A stretch of 64,000 nucleotides of DNA from Geosiphon pyriformis uo1 (Eukaryota > Fungi > Glomeromycota), in the NCBI GenBank assembly GCA_016748015.1, contig JAAOMT010000703.1, forward strand, positions 372,001 through 436,000. The letters are read 5' to 3'. The translations under genes and the position numbers were made by a program. Numbering within the stretch: position 1 is the stretch's first letter; every line of letters begins with the position of its first letter. Below, one piece after another: positions 25,899-41,049 of this stretch. Below the pieces are notes generated by a model. That model did no database searches and had not been told where the DNA came from. It was given only the letters and a program-made list of their open reading frames with translations.

Positions 25899-28800
25899 AC
25901 ATGTACACAATAGTATGCAAAATATGTACAAATTTGTTTAATTTAATGCAGTTATAAACAAGTGAACCAAAAGACACTTATAATTAAACAGAAAGCTTAA
26001 TAGCTTAGTAATTATTTACTAATCAGTTAAAATAGACATAATTATATATAATTTAATATATATATATATATAATAGCTTTCTAACAAAAAAATAAAACAA
26101 ATAAGAAAAAAAAATAATAAAAAACAAAAAAGTTAATTAAACAAAATAAAAACAAAAAAAAAGTAAAAAAATTGAATTATAATCCCAAAAAAAGCTGAAT
26201 AATGTATTCTTTAAGCTTTGTATTATCCACTAATACTAAAATCAATAAAATTAAAAATTTTTCTTCTTTATAATTCAATTCTTTACAAATGACCAAAAAG
26301 GTCACTACTCTCCTTTCTACTATTGTTTTTTTATTAAGAAAAAACAATAATAAAAACATTCATACATTAACAAAAACACAAATAAGACTCAAGCTTAACA
26401 AGATTAAAAACACATTAAAAAAATATTAAATACATAAAATCACCTAGAAAATACTTGTAATACTTTGATCAAAATCAATAATTGACTTAAAAATCTGAAA
26501 CAAACTTTTTATATCTTTGGAAAAATAATCTTTAATCAAAATTATTTTATAAATACTAATTTTATTGAATTTTACTTTTTATTTTAATTTTTTTTAAATT
26601 TATTAGAAATAAGATACTATTTTACTACAAGCAAAAAAATACAGATATCTAATATTAGCATAAGATAAAAAGAGTATTTTTATAGAAGTTTTAAGGAAAG
26701 ATACAATTAAAAGTATAAAAATACAATAGAAATTTTTCTTAAAAGATTAGCATAACAGTGGCTACCAATAGTAATTTCGATAGAAACATTATACCACATA
26801 CTAGATTCAATAAAAAAGACACTTATCAAAAGAAATTATCCAATATTTGCTAAGAAATTAAAAAAACTTACCAAGCTAATCTTCAAATCTTTAAATAAAA
26901 AAATAGTAGTAATATATTAAATAAAAATTTACCATAAATCAAAAACAATACTAATTAAGACTGATATACTTATCTTCATGTCAAAATTAGATAATTTACT
27001 ATATTATTACTTGATCTAAAAGTCATAAAAATTAATTATAATACAACCACTAAAGATAAAAAAAAACACTTGTAATATTTGGTATTCACTTTGAGATTCA
27101 ATTTTAACTTATTCAAACCACCTAAATCCTAACAATAATTAAATACAAAAATTAATAGATCAAAGTAGCAGAATTAATAACAACCACTAATTTTTTAGCC
27201 AAAACTTATATTATCAATTTTAAAAGATTGAAATTACTTAATAATTATTTTCTAACTGAATCAATATTTAACTACTACATGTATTATTGAATTCAATACT
27301 TATTTGGGCAAAATTCAAAACCCCAAAAACAAAAACAAAGTCTATATTAGAAATTAACTCAATATACTATATTACTCAATACATAATTATTTTTAATAAC
27401 TTTGATACAAATACACCAAGAAATTAAAAAATACATTTGGCAAAGTTTTTTATTTATTTTTAACAAAAACAGAAAAAACAACAATAACCAAAATAACTAA
27501 CTAAAAATCTTAGTATAAACATCTTATTAAAAAATTATGAGTCAATAGCAAATCTTAAATTCATTATATAAAAATTTTCAAGTCATATTATTAGAAACTT
27601 TATTTTATTATTTATTATCAGATAATTAAATTAATATATTACTAGAAGCCATGTCCTCATTTATCACAAAAACAATCTCCTAAATTCCTAATTATGTTCA
27701 CACTTTATTTGAAGAAAAATTTTTTAAAAGACTTATTCTAAAGGAATACTTATCACAATTTTTAAATCTATTTTCTCCACAACTAAATTTTTAGACTGCT
27801 TAAAAACTTGGACCTAAACCTAAACCAAAACCAGAGTTTAAACATAACCAAAAAAACAGAAAACCAAAAAAAAAGAAAAAAAATCTTCAAGTAAATTAAA
27901 ACCAGAATCAATAACTTCCTTTGTTCAAATATCTGTAAATTCTCAAAAAATAGCCACCTCTTATATTACAAAATTAACCAATTTTACTGAAGAAAAAAAA
28001 GTTGCTCATAATTGAATTGAAAAAACACAAAAAACAATTCTAGCAAATAATTAAGATGAGACTTACAGCCTTTAAATCTTACTATTTTTTTTAAAAGACA
28101 CAGCTAACTTCTAATATTAGAATTTAAATTCCAAATCTAATACTTTTACACAGATTTGAAATGCATTTCTAAAATATTTTTGTAATCTCAACATTATTAT
28201 CAAACTTTAAAATAGATTTAATACTATTAAACAACAGTTCAGCAAAACAATAACTTAATATTTAATAGATTTAATCATGTCTTATAATAGATTAAAGTTG
28301 TAGAAAACAATTATTATACAGCTTCTTAGATTTTCAATCAGTTTGGAAAAGAATTAAGAAGTAGTATTTTAAAATAAATAAAACCACAACACCTAAAAGA
28401 TCTATCCCAAGCTATTATATTGGTTTAAGATATTGAGTCAATCAAAAAAAAAGCTAATCATAATAAAATAGTAAACTTAATAATAAATTTTAATAACACC
28501 AAAAAACTAGAAAACAAAATCACTTAACTCAAGTAAAAATTATCTTAAAAGATAAAAAGTTATCTTGCTAATATCAAATCCCAAATACCAAATTAATATT
28601 AACCATTACAACAATAAAACCAAACACCTTTCTAAAATTACAGCTATTAAAACCCAAATAGAAACTAACAGAATATACTGATGTGTTATTATTGTTAAAA
28701 GTGTAGATATATTAAAGCCAAATATTAATTACTGTAATTTCATCAAAATTTGCAAAGAAACAATTTATGAAATCCATTTTTCAGCAATCAATACATAATA

Positions 28801-31800
28801 TTTCAGAATTAATACTTAGTATCAATTCAACAATAATTTCAGCAATAGCTATTATAACAATAAGATCCAGCCCAGCCATAATACTTAGCTCTACTACAAC
28901 AATTATGACAAGCACTAACTCTTAAATTATATCTCCAAAACTCAAATTGAAGAAAAAATTATTTACTTCCAAATTCAAATTTCTTAAATCAGCCAATAGC
29001 AAATGTAATAATATTACAAAACCTGAGTTAAAATAATAATAGACAATACAATATATTTATACATTATTAACAAATATTTTTTAATTTACCTGAACCATAG
29101 AATTTTTATAATATAATATTTTATAAAGATTAAAATATTAGCACTATTAAAAGTTCCATTATTAATACTAGTAAAAACACTAGCATGATTTTTCTTGCAA
29201 CTATTATTAATAATAAAATATTAGCTACCATATTTTTTTTTAAACTTGAAAAAAAAAATTCACCTCTATCTTGTTTAATAAAGCTGCTTTAAATAAAGAT
29301 AAACCAATTATTACTATGTATATTAAGGTAAAAAAAGATGGTAAACCTATTAAACTGGTTTTAGACAATATATTAACAAAAAGTATTATTATTCTTTAAT
29401 TAATGAATTAATTAGATTGTCAAATTAACAAAAACACCAGTATCTTTATTATTATTGCTGATAAAACCAAAAAAATGTCAATTAGAGAAATTGACTCCTT
29501 TTTTTTTAACATAAATAGAATAATTATCTCTATTAAAGTATTAGTTATGAATACAACTTAATACCAAACACTAGTCAAAAAATAATTGATTAAAAAAAGC
29601 AAATGTTACTTTGAATTGGTTGACTTAAAAATTACAACTAACATATTAGGATCAATATACACAAGTATTTATTATATGTGAATATTTTAAAAAAAATTCT
29701 CACACAAATAATCCATTCTAGTTTGTATTTGAAGAAACATTGAAAATAAAAGACATTAAAGTATATTAGATTAAGTGAGATAAAAATAACTGTAAAAAAC
29801 TATCATCTGTTTCTAAGTGAACTAATAAAATTTTTAACTTTATATTATTGCACTTTCTTTGTTTCTAATGTCACTAAAGTCATTGACTAAGATTACAATA
29901 TTTAGTTTGTTAAAAGAAACTGTCTTTTATGATAGCTTGTATTGTTTCACATAAAGATAACCAACAGATCACCTATTATTATTGTAATTGATGTTATAAA
30001 AAAACATATAAATATCCAAAATAATTAGAAAAATAGGACAAAACTTCTTGTATCACATGTAAAAAATCTTATTTAATAAATACAACTAGATCAATATGCA
30101 ATTCAGAAGAGCTACATGTGATTTTATTTGTTAATACATCATTTTTATTATTGACTGAATAAAAGAAGAAATCTTCTTTTATATCACTTATAATAGAGTC
30201 TTAAATTACATATATTATTATCTATATAATACTAAACAACTTTATAATATGGTTAAAGCAAATGTACAAAACAGAACAGCCAAAAAAATTCGAAATTAGA
30301 AAACACTAACAGAAGTTATTAAAAAAGTTATTTGGTACAATACTTTAGACTTTCTATAAAAATTTTAAAATTACTATTAAAAATTTTATTTAATATAAGA
30401 AAAACAAAAACAATATTTTGTGCAAATAAATACTTATCTGTATAAAAACTGCTTAATTTTTTGTCAATTACAATGGTGTTTTAATTATTAGCTCTAGTTC
30501 AAACTATTTGAAAAAACAGCTCAATTTAAAAATTATTTAGATCATAAAACAAAAAATACAACTTTATAAACACTAGAAATATTATTAGACAACTTACATA
30601 TTTTTATCAATTTTCAACAAAAATTGAACATTAAATATTTTATTAATGGCAACTAAAAAATTCTTTCAGAGTGAGCACATTTAATTAATGCTGAATTTGA
30701 TCTCCAATATCTCAGAAATCAAATATTAACATTAGAATCATTTGTTGTTATTACAATTAATCTATAGAACTAATAATAAACATTTATCCAATAGAACCAA
30801 TAAATAAGAACAACTTACAAAAAACTATTAAAAAATGGGCTTATAAATTGCTAGAAAAGCTAAAAGACAATTGCTAATACACAACCAATAATATTGAGTA
30901 CTCCCAAAAACAACAAAAAGTTTGACATAATAGCAAACTACCAGAACAATTTGTTGTCTACAAAATAGAAGACAAAGTTTTATTATATTAAACAAAAGCA
31001 AAAAAACAATGAAATAAAAAATTTGACAACAAATAAAACAGACTTTTCTATGTTCATAATATTTTGAATAATAGAGCATATAAGTTATATTTAGATAATA
31101 AAATTTTGAAAAAAGTTACACATAATAATTAATTAAAAATTTATTATCAACAATAATCATCTGATTTGTTAATATCTAAATTAAGAATACATATACCAAT
31201 TGTGTTTCCTAACCAAATCTCATAAGACTTAAAGCCAATAGTAATTATTAAACATTACCTAAAAAACAATTAATTCAATCAACCACATTTGGATTATTAC
31301 CATTAATATTTAAAAAAAAATTAAAACAATCTTAAAAATAGTTAAAAAAATCAAAAACATTAAACTATTAAAAAAAATTTTTAAAATTTTGATATATAAA
31401 AATAATTTATTTTAGTATTTATTTATTATTTATTTTTATTATGAATATACTTGAAGATATTATAAATACATTTTAACTTTTATTTCAACTACTACAAAAA
31501 ATAATATTCTATTAGAAATTACTCTTAATAATTTTAAAATATTATATAAAAAAAAAAATTCAATCACATAAAAAACAAGCCAAATACAAATTGTTTTAAT
31601 CTTTACTATGAGAAACAAAAAAACATCAACACATTAATTAATAAAATTATAGAAAAATTTCAGCTTCTAAAAAGTACAATGTCCAAAAAAAAAAAAACTT
31701 AATTGCTTTCTTTTATTATATATACTTCATAATAGCTATACAATTAGATTTTTAAACAATTTATACCAAAAAAAATAGCAAAAAAATTGACAAAACAAAA

Positions 31801-32491
31801 CTTTAAAAGTTCAAAAAACTAACTAAAAAAAACAACTCTAAGCATTATTTTAAGACAGTATATCAACTTTATATATTGTTCTAATATTGTTTAGAAGTAT
31901 TATTAACAAACAAAATAAACATACTTATTCTTAATAAAATTAGAAAACTTACTAACAACAAATTTCAAGACTTGCAAAAACAAATAGTTTAAACAAGTAT
32001 ACAGATTTTTATGTTAAATATTAATATTAAAAAATTACACATCAATTTTAATAAAGCTTAATCTTAAGAAAAGAATAATATTATCCAATAGAAATTAACA
32101 AAAATTAAAAATAATAATATTATAATATATTAACCAATTATTAAATAACAATATAAATAGTACAAATTAACAAATAAAATTAAAAAACATAACATGTATA
32201 TGATAGCATATAAAATATGCACAAATATGCCCAATTTAACATAATTATAAACAAATAAGCCAAAAAGCACTTACAGTCAAACAGAAGACCCAATAGTTTA
32301 GCAATTACTTATTAATTAGTTAGAATAAGCATGATTATATATAACTCAAAATATGTATATATAATAGTTTTTTAATTAGAAAAAAAAACAAACAAGAAAA
32401 GAAAATAATAAAAAACAAAAAATCAATTAGACAAAAAAAAAATAAAAAAAAAATAGAAGAATTAGATTATTATCTTAAAAAAGCTAAATAG

Positions 32492-33280
32492 TATTACTTA
32501 TAGAATATAGAAAATATATTATTATTATTAGCAAGTAGATATTAGCCAATCAGAAATAAACGTAGTAAATGTGGAATTCCAAGATTCCTCTCATTAGGAA
32601 TCGCAGGATTTCTGTTGCAAGGAATTGAAGAATTGAAGAATCTCAAATATGTATATATAGCAGTAGTGTTAAAAGCAGAAAGAAAAAAATCAACACCAAA
32701 AATCCTTAGCTTAGTTACCACAATCTTCAAATAAATAATTATTCACTATATCAAATTCATTCTTCACTATCAACATTTCATGTTGATAGTAACTGATACT
32801 TAATCATACTAGAACAATAACTCTTGATCATGGCTATTGATGGGATACTAACTTGCAAATTGCCTTGGCTTATTTTTTATTTTCTCTTTTATTTTTTCTT
32901 TATTTTCTTTGTTGTCTACTAACTTGATTAAAGAATTTACTCTTAAAGAACTTACAGAGGAATAAACTTGCTTAAATTAATACTTACTCTTGGAGGACTT
33001 ATAGAGGAACTGACGTTAGGAAACAGCACTAGTATACACTTATGAAGGATATTGTACTAGGAAAATCATCAATCATCAAGCTGAGTAAGCAATTGATGAA
33101 ACTACAGTTTCAAGAAACTACTAATAAACTGTTACCAGTGAATTTCTGTTCATTATACAAAGAACTCAATTGGAAAACCTTCAGATAAAATACCTTCAGA
33201 TTATCATTGTCACCAATTGCTTTGAGCACCAAGTTATGGGTTTGTTATTCACTTGACACCCCAAAGAATCACCTGTAACA
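32492..33280 (+). repeat. 5' LTR of element E (789 bp)
   Basis: Direct repeat of 41693-42579. The differences I inspected are mostly transitions, plus contraction of the U3 array. Confidence 0.93.
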
Positions 33281-33282
33281 TT

Positions 33283-33299
33283 TGGTGCTTCTTGTGAGG
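33283..33299 (+). promoter_or_regulatory. Primer-binding site TGGTGCTTCTTGTGAGG (elongator tRNA-Met or tRNA-Ile type)
   Basis: TGG lies 2 nt after the LTR end. TGGTGCnnnnnGTGAGG matches the complement of eukaryotic Met-e/Ile(UAU) tRNA 3' ends. The exact tRNA is not determinable here. Confidence 0.75.
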
Positions 33300-33341
33300 T
33301 ATAATCTTACAAAAAACCAGCACCAACAACACCATCCAAAT

Positions 33342-36300
33342 GTGGCAGAATTAGAAATTATAGGAGCCAACCACTTAGGATTCACAAAATCTTTGTTTCA
33401 ATAATACAGCCAACAATTAGGATTAAACAGTAATCACTACTCAGCCAAATCAGCCTTCAACTATTACGTCAATGATAAAATCACAAACTGTTTAGGAAGA
33501 ACTGTTAATATCAAGTCAGCAAGAGAAAATTTCTATACAGAATTATTTCAACACACCAGTTTACCAAGAAATCACAGTTTTATCCCAATCATCAGGGAAA
33601 TCAATCAAACCATTGAAAGATACACGCAACAACAATTTCTCATTACCTATGCAGACAAAGGTAAAGAAAGAATACAAACACCAGCAGCAACACCAAAAGG
33701 AATACAGTTACTTAGTTGGAAGAAACACAGAGTAGAATCACCAACTGCTCCATCATATCACTACACACTTGGAAGCACCATCAACATTTCATTAACAAAC
33801 ATGTTCACATCAAATGTGACATCAACATTTAGAAGATTTCAGTTTCAAAACAAACAATGGAAAAAAGACTTACTAGGACTATATGGCACATATTTTGAAG
33901 GATTTAAATTACCATCAGGAATTTGATTACCAATATCCCAACCAGATTTTGGAGCTGCTACTCCATGAAAATTATCAGAGAAAGAAGAGAAAGGAAGTAA
34001 AGATCAAGGATTCACTTACCAAAACCTAATCTCAGAAAACTCAGAATTTGGAACCCCGAACATTCAAACTCAGCAAAATCAAAACAATCAGAACTCCGAT
34101 TTAATTAATCAGCCAAATATAACCCCAAATATTATCATCAATTACCCACCAATTGATCCAATAGTCGAACCCATTTAGCAGCCATCTCAACAACCAAATC
34201 TGCAAATTCAACAGCTACAAAGACCATCTCAGCAACCACTACTGTAACAACAACTGCTACAGCAGCCACAACAACAACTAAATATAAACCAAATAGTCTA
34301 CACACTTATTGCCAAGTTAGAAAACTTTACTGGTGAAAAAGATGACACTCAAGCATGGATCAATGATGTCTCTAAGGCCATCATAGTAAACAATTGGGAC
34401 AATGCCAGAGCCCTACAGGCAATCTCATACTTTCTTAAAGAAACCACCAATTCTTGGTACTAGAGTTTAGCCACCAGATCACAAACATTCTAACAATTCA
34501 AAACTGTCTTTCTGGAATATTTTAGCAACAATAACAGTATTAATTGTCTAGCCAATACTTTCACCACAATCAAACAAAATAATACTGAAGCAGTCATAAC
34601 ATATCTAAGATGCTTTCATAGAGTCCTATACCAAATTCAAGCCATCAACACCATGTATTTTACAGAACCCCAGATCCTTAACCAGTTTATTCGTGGCCTG
34701 CACAGTAGCATTTTGTAACACGTACACCCATTACACCCAGCCAACCTTCAAGCTGCAGTCACACATGCCAGAGATTTCAAATCAGCTAAGCTAGAAGCCA
34801 ATCACACTCAAGCTGTAAATATAGTAATGAATAGATTATCTGATTTGGATTTCAAATTGAAGCAAATCAGTGATACCATCAATCAAAAAATTGAGGAATA
34901 CTTAGCTAACAAACATCAGTCCATTTATTAATCTCCCCAAAGATGCAGTAATCAGGAAAACTACAATTATTCCCAAAATCAAGTGCATCCCTCAACATTG
35001 GCCAATTAGCAGTGGCAGCCAGAGACACATGTCTGCCACAACTGTGGTAAACAAGGCCATATAAGAGCCAACTGCAATGCTTATAACTGATGATCGAGAA
35101 ATCAACATCAAAATCCCGATCACCAATTCCAAAACCCGAATCAATATCAAAATCAAGAGCAAAATCAAAACACTTACCTGCCAATGACGCAGCAGCCAAT
35201 TTATCAAGCACCAGTATATCAGACCCCAGTTTATCAACCACAGCCACCAGCAATATATCAACCACAACCATCCATAATATATCAAACCCAGCCACAAGTA
35301 ATCTATCAACCTCAAACCATTCAAACACCACCCCAAAACTTACCTCAATACAGAACCCAAAGACTGAGAATGATACAACAAAACTAGAAATTGGCAATGG
35401 TTGTCTACCAACTGATCCCCAGTTTCTCCAACTTACTATTAGGATTGCATTCTCAGAATTTGGGTACTAGTGCCACCCAAAACCTGAATTTCCAGAACTA
35501 TTTAAGTCTTCTGGTTATTTCAGAAGACACCACACCCAGCAATCTGGAAACCAACCCAATCCAAAAACTTACCAGTAACATACTACCAGCAACAGTCACC
35601 GAAAATGAAACATTAGCAGCCATCTTCCCATTTGAGTTTGAGGAAACCACCCCAGTTTCATTATTCAGTAAAGCTGCCTTTGAAGAGAAACCCATTACAG
35701 CAATGGATGTCAAAGTAGATGGTCATTCCATCAAATTAATCCTAAACAGTGGTTCAGCAGACAGCATTATCATGTGACAACTCATGGACCAATTAGGTCA
35801 CTGAGTTGATCGTGCTGTTAGTGCTCGTATAATCACTACTGATGGAGCAACCAAAACTCCAATCGGCGAAATCAATGATTTCCCATTCAAAATCAATGGC
35901 ATTATAATACCCATCAAAGTCTTGGTAATGGAAGCCACACAATACCAGACTCTCATGGGCAACGATTGGTTGTCGAAAACCCATGCTACCCTCAATTGGA
36001 CCACCTAAGAACTACAATTAATCTTTAGTGGTCAGCATACTTGAACACCAGCCACTTGTGGCCACTTTAAGCCAAGCAATGCCCAATCACTTATCGAGTT
36101 CAAGAAAGAAACAAGAAAACCTACCTGGGAAGCCTACCAAGTCTTATGGGCTGACCAAGACCATAACAAGTTGCCACCAGTACCCTCTTGGAACAGCAAC
36201 GTCAAAGGAAAGCAAAAAGAAACAGAACTTACCTGGATCTCTGACCAAGCTTGGGAAACAAAAAATGACTACAACAAACCAGCCAATTGGGAATAGGAAG

Positions 36301-39300
36301 AGGAAGATAATGGAAAGGGAAAAGAGAAAAAAACCACACTGGAAGAGACTATCAGCACCAGCAAAATAACCAGTGGCTGGACCAGTTCATACTCAGTCCA
36401 TAAACCATTACCACAACCGTCATATATTCCATTCAAATGCAAAGACTGTGAAAAAAAACTTTCTTCCATGAGAGCATAGATTGCACCAGATAAAGACTAC
36501 TGGATGTGAACCCATTATTATTATAAGCCATGCCATAGAGAATGCTATGGCTATCTAAAGAAACAGGGCAAGTGGGACAATAAACCATGTCTCATTTGTG
36601 GTAAACAACTGCTCAATGAAGGAATGTGAAATGACATTCCTGATTGAAGAGGAATGTGTAACACTTTGTGCCAATACACAATCCTCATTAGTGACTGGGT
36701 GAGTTGTAGTACCCCAATTACAGCAGCATGGCACTGAACACTCAATCGTTTAGACAGTTACCCCCATGATAAAAAGAAGATCTGGCAAATGGCCAATGCC
36801 AAAGTAGAAGATGCTACACCTAGTGAAATACTGGAAATTAAGAACAATCCTCCAGAACTGGTCAATATCATTCGTATTCCTAACCCAGATGCTTTCATGG
36901 ACAAAGAAACAGATCCAGAAGACTTCCACAAATACTACCAAAATTTGGCACCTACAAGAGAAGAACAGAAGCAGTATTTAGAACAACTAAACACCTGATT
37001 ATGTGACCACTGTTTAATTCCCTGTGACTTCCAATATTGTAATGAGTGTGACTTCATTTACAATTCATTACCACACATGATCTACACAATCTTAGAGAAA
37101 ATTGAACCAATCAGCAGCTGTGCATCCGAATCGGAATCACCATTCAATCCCAATTCAAACTCTAATAATGATGACGATGAAAACACCAGTTTCAGCTCTG
37201 TTCAAATTGGTGATAACAATGACAACAATTCCAACTCAGATTCAAACTCTGACCCAAAATATGAACAATACATTGCACTGCCAGACCTCTCCAAAGAACA
37301 GGAGTTAAAATGGTATAGTAACAATAATGAAAGTATTATACCAAAATGCATGCATAATACTGATGCTGAGTTTGATCTGAGGTATCTAAGAAAAGATGCC
37401 ATCAAATTGGAACCACATTTGCACACTTACATTGATCTGAAAGTAGCATTAGAAATTCCAGCAACAACAATGGTTCAACTAGCATCTAGGAGTAGTTTAG
37501 CAAAAAGAGAGATTAATATAAGTGGAGGAATAATTGACGCAGGATATGTAGAAAATATTATTGTTATGCTACAAAATAACTCTGAAAAGACCTATATCAT
37601 AGAGCCAAACAAAAAAATAACACAGACAATATTCCTGTCTCTGGTAAAAATAGTGCAGTTAGTATCAGTGGGAAATAGGAAGAAATTAGGGATAACAGTA
37701 AGAGAAATACAGGGATTTGGATCAACAAGTAGAATAGATGTACCAGTCAATATGACAGAAGAAAAAATTGTTGACCAAGGAGAAATTATTTCAATGGGTC
37801 AAGCAATCTTTATTCCATCATATAGTCAGTACATGGTAGGAATAAAGCAGAAAGTAAAAGAACAGAATTAGATTTTTGAAGCAGAACCAAATCTTTGTGA
37901 ATTAGGAGAGATTGGACTCATCAATTTCTATATACCAGCCAAAGATTACAGCCACATCAAAATTCCCATCTATAATAACACAGGAAATGTCATAGTAATA
38001 CCAGCTGGAACTACCATTGGATACTTAAGCACTAAAATTGAGGATCAACTACCAAGCACCATTCCAGACTTTCCATAGCTTTGTGAATATGTTAATATCA
38101 CATTACAAACAATATATGGACAAAGCGAATGTTATTTGCTCCAACCAGAGCAATTAGAACAAATGAACATGAGAAACTTAGACTCACTTTAACATATGCA
38201 GCTTAAGATATTGCTTAATAATTTCAATGACATCTTTGCCAGCGAAAACAAATTTGGCAGAACTGACATCATCCAACACCAGATTAAAACTGGAGATACA
38301 ATGCTGATCAAACAAAGAGCATACAGAGTGCCACCAGCCAGCCATGAGATCATCTGTCAAGAAATCAATTGAATGCTTGACAACGGGCTAATTTAGCCAT
38401 CAATGAATTCATGGTTGTCACCAGTAGTACTCATCTGTAAGAAGAATGGAAAAATCTGATTTTGTGTAGATTACAAAAAACTCAATAGTGTAACTCGTGG
38501 AGACAGCTATCCAACTCCATAGATATAAGAACTATTCAATGCTTTTGGTAGAAACAAATGGTTCTCAATGTTAAACTTAGATAGTAGTTACTGACAAGTA
38601 GCCATGGATCCAGCTGACAAAAAAAAAACAGCATTTACCACAAGAGAAGAGAATTTTGAATTTGAAGTAATGCCATTCAGCTTAACTAATGCCCAGCCAC
38701 TTTCTAACAGCTAATGAAAATTATTTATACTGACTTATTGTGGAAATCAGTAGTTGTATACTTGGACAACACCAATGTATTTGATAATCATCTTCATCAT
38801 CTTCAACAAGTGTTCGAAAGGCTAAGAAAAGCAAAACTAAAGTTAAATGCAACAAAGTGCTTCTTCGACAAGACAGAACTAAAATTCTTGGGACACATAG
38901 TCAGCAAAGATGGCATCAAAATAGATCCAGAGAAAATAAAGATAGTAAAGAACTTTCCAGTACCAATTAATGTAACTAAATTGAAATCATTCTTGGAATT
39001 CACAAGCTATTATCGATGCTTTATAAAGAACTTTTCAAAGATAGCTCAACTGCTCAATAATTTGCAAACCAAGAATACAAAATATAAATGGACAGAAAGT
39101 CAACAAGAAGCTTTTGATATTCTGAAAAAAAAGCTCATTTAAGCTCCAGTACTGATCTACTCAGATTACAACAAACCATTCATTATTATCACCAATGTAT
39201 CAGACCAAGCATTGGGAGCAGTACTATCTCAGAAGGGACCAGACGGCAGAGAACATCCAGTAGCATATGCCAGCCGAGGTTTAACACCAGCCGAAAAGAA

Positions 39301-39550
39301 CTATAGAACACCAGAACTAGAACATTTAGCAATCTATTAGGCAGTTATGAAGTGGAATGAATACTTGAGCCAAAAGTTTGATATATACACAGATCATAAA
39401 GGGTTAACATCACTTCAAAAGCAAGAATTTGATAATAGCCACCAATCCAGATGGAAAATGGCACTCTTACAATATACTTATACTATACACTATAAGAAAG
39501 GAAAAGACAACAGAAATGCTAATGGTTTGTCGCGAATGAGACAAATCTAA
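33342..39550 (+). pseudogene. Element E Gag-PR-Cys-rich-dUTPase-RT-RNaseH
   Basis: Zinc knuckle CHNCGKQGHIRANC ~35033, ILNSGSA, GGIIDAGY/GFGST, YLDN. RNase H ends GLSRMRQI*. Confidence 0.9.
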
Positions 39551-39612
39551 GAACATTTTAACCCAAAAATATAACAAAACCAGAACAATACCAACGAAAA
39601 ATATAACAAAAG

Positions 39613-40995
39613 ATAAACATACAAAAATATCAACAACTTCAACATTATATAAACACTTAATAATTAAAGGAAAATTTATCTCAAACAGAACAAAAAAGTA
39701 TCAAACAACAATCACAATATTTTATTACTCACCAAAATATACTTTATCGGAAAAATAGAAGAGATCTAGATCAACCAACCAGAGTAATTACAGAACCAGA
39801 AAAAGAGACAATATTATTCAACATGCACTCAAATCCAACAGCAGGACACTTTCACAAAGAAGCAACCATAGAAAAAACCCGAAAAAGATATTATTGGCCA
39901 TCAATGTATCCAGATATCATCCAATATGTTCAAAATTGTGATGCTTGTCAGCAAAGAGGAGGAACAAGACCCAGTAAACCATTAAGACCAATTAAAGTGA
40001 GACAACTATTCAACCATATTAGAATTGATTTAGTTAGACCATTAACAATCACCAGCAAAGGAAACAGATACATAGCAGTAGCCATAGACTATCTCACTAA
40101 ATGGCCAGAGATGAAAGCAATTCAAAAAGCAGATGCAGAATCTGTTGCTGAATTCATTTATCAGGATTTGATTTGTCGACATGAATGTTTAAAAGAATTA
40201 TTATCAGACCAAGGAACGTATTTTGTGAACAGAACATTAACAGAATTGAGCCAAAGATTCAGAATTAAGAGACCATTATTATCACCATACCATCCACAAA
40301 CCAATGAATTAGTCAAAAAATTCAATAAAACATTGTGTGAAGCAATAGCTAAGCTCAGCCAAGAAAACCAGAACGATTGAGATTTGTTGATACCATTAAT
40401 CCTATATGCTTATCAGACAATAAAGCAAGATACTACACAAGCAACACCATTTAAATTAATATATGGTAGAACAGCAACACTACCAGTGGAAATAGAAGTC
40501 AACACATACCCAACCAAACCAATAACAGAAGAGAATTTCAAAAACACATTGTTGAGAAGAACATATAACTTAATAGAAACATTAGAAAACAAATGACAGA
40601 AAGCAGCTGATAACATACAAAGGTCACAAGAGAAACAAAAAAAAAGACATGATAACCAACTACCAGATAAACCAGTTGAACTCACAATTGGAAACAAAGT
40701 ACTACTACATCATACCAAAACAGAAAAACAATGAAGTGGAAAATTTAATCCCAAATGGGATGGACTATTTCACATAGAAGAAATTTTAAGAAATGGAGCT
40801 TACAAATTAAGATTGAATAACAAAATCTTGACCAAAGCAGCACATGGAAATTAACTGAAACCATACCACCATATAGTATCATCATCCACTAGTAATATTC
40901 CACAACTGGGAGTACAGAGAATACTAGTCCAACCAGATGAGATTCCACAAGATCTGGAACCAATCATCATCATTGATAACAACACGTCCAATTGA
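39613..40995 (+). pseudogene. Element E integrase
   Basis: HSNPTAGHF..YYWP..CDAC, IDLV, LSDQG, YHPQTN, WDGLF. Confidence 0.9.
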
Positions 40996-41049
40996 TCGAC
41001 AGAAAAAATATATAAAGACATGGTTGATACAACAGAAAAACGCAGAAAA

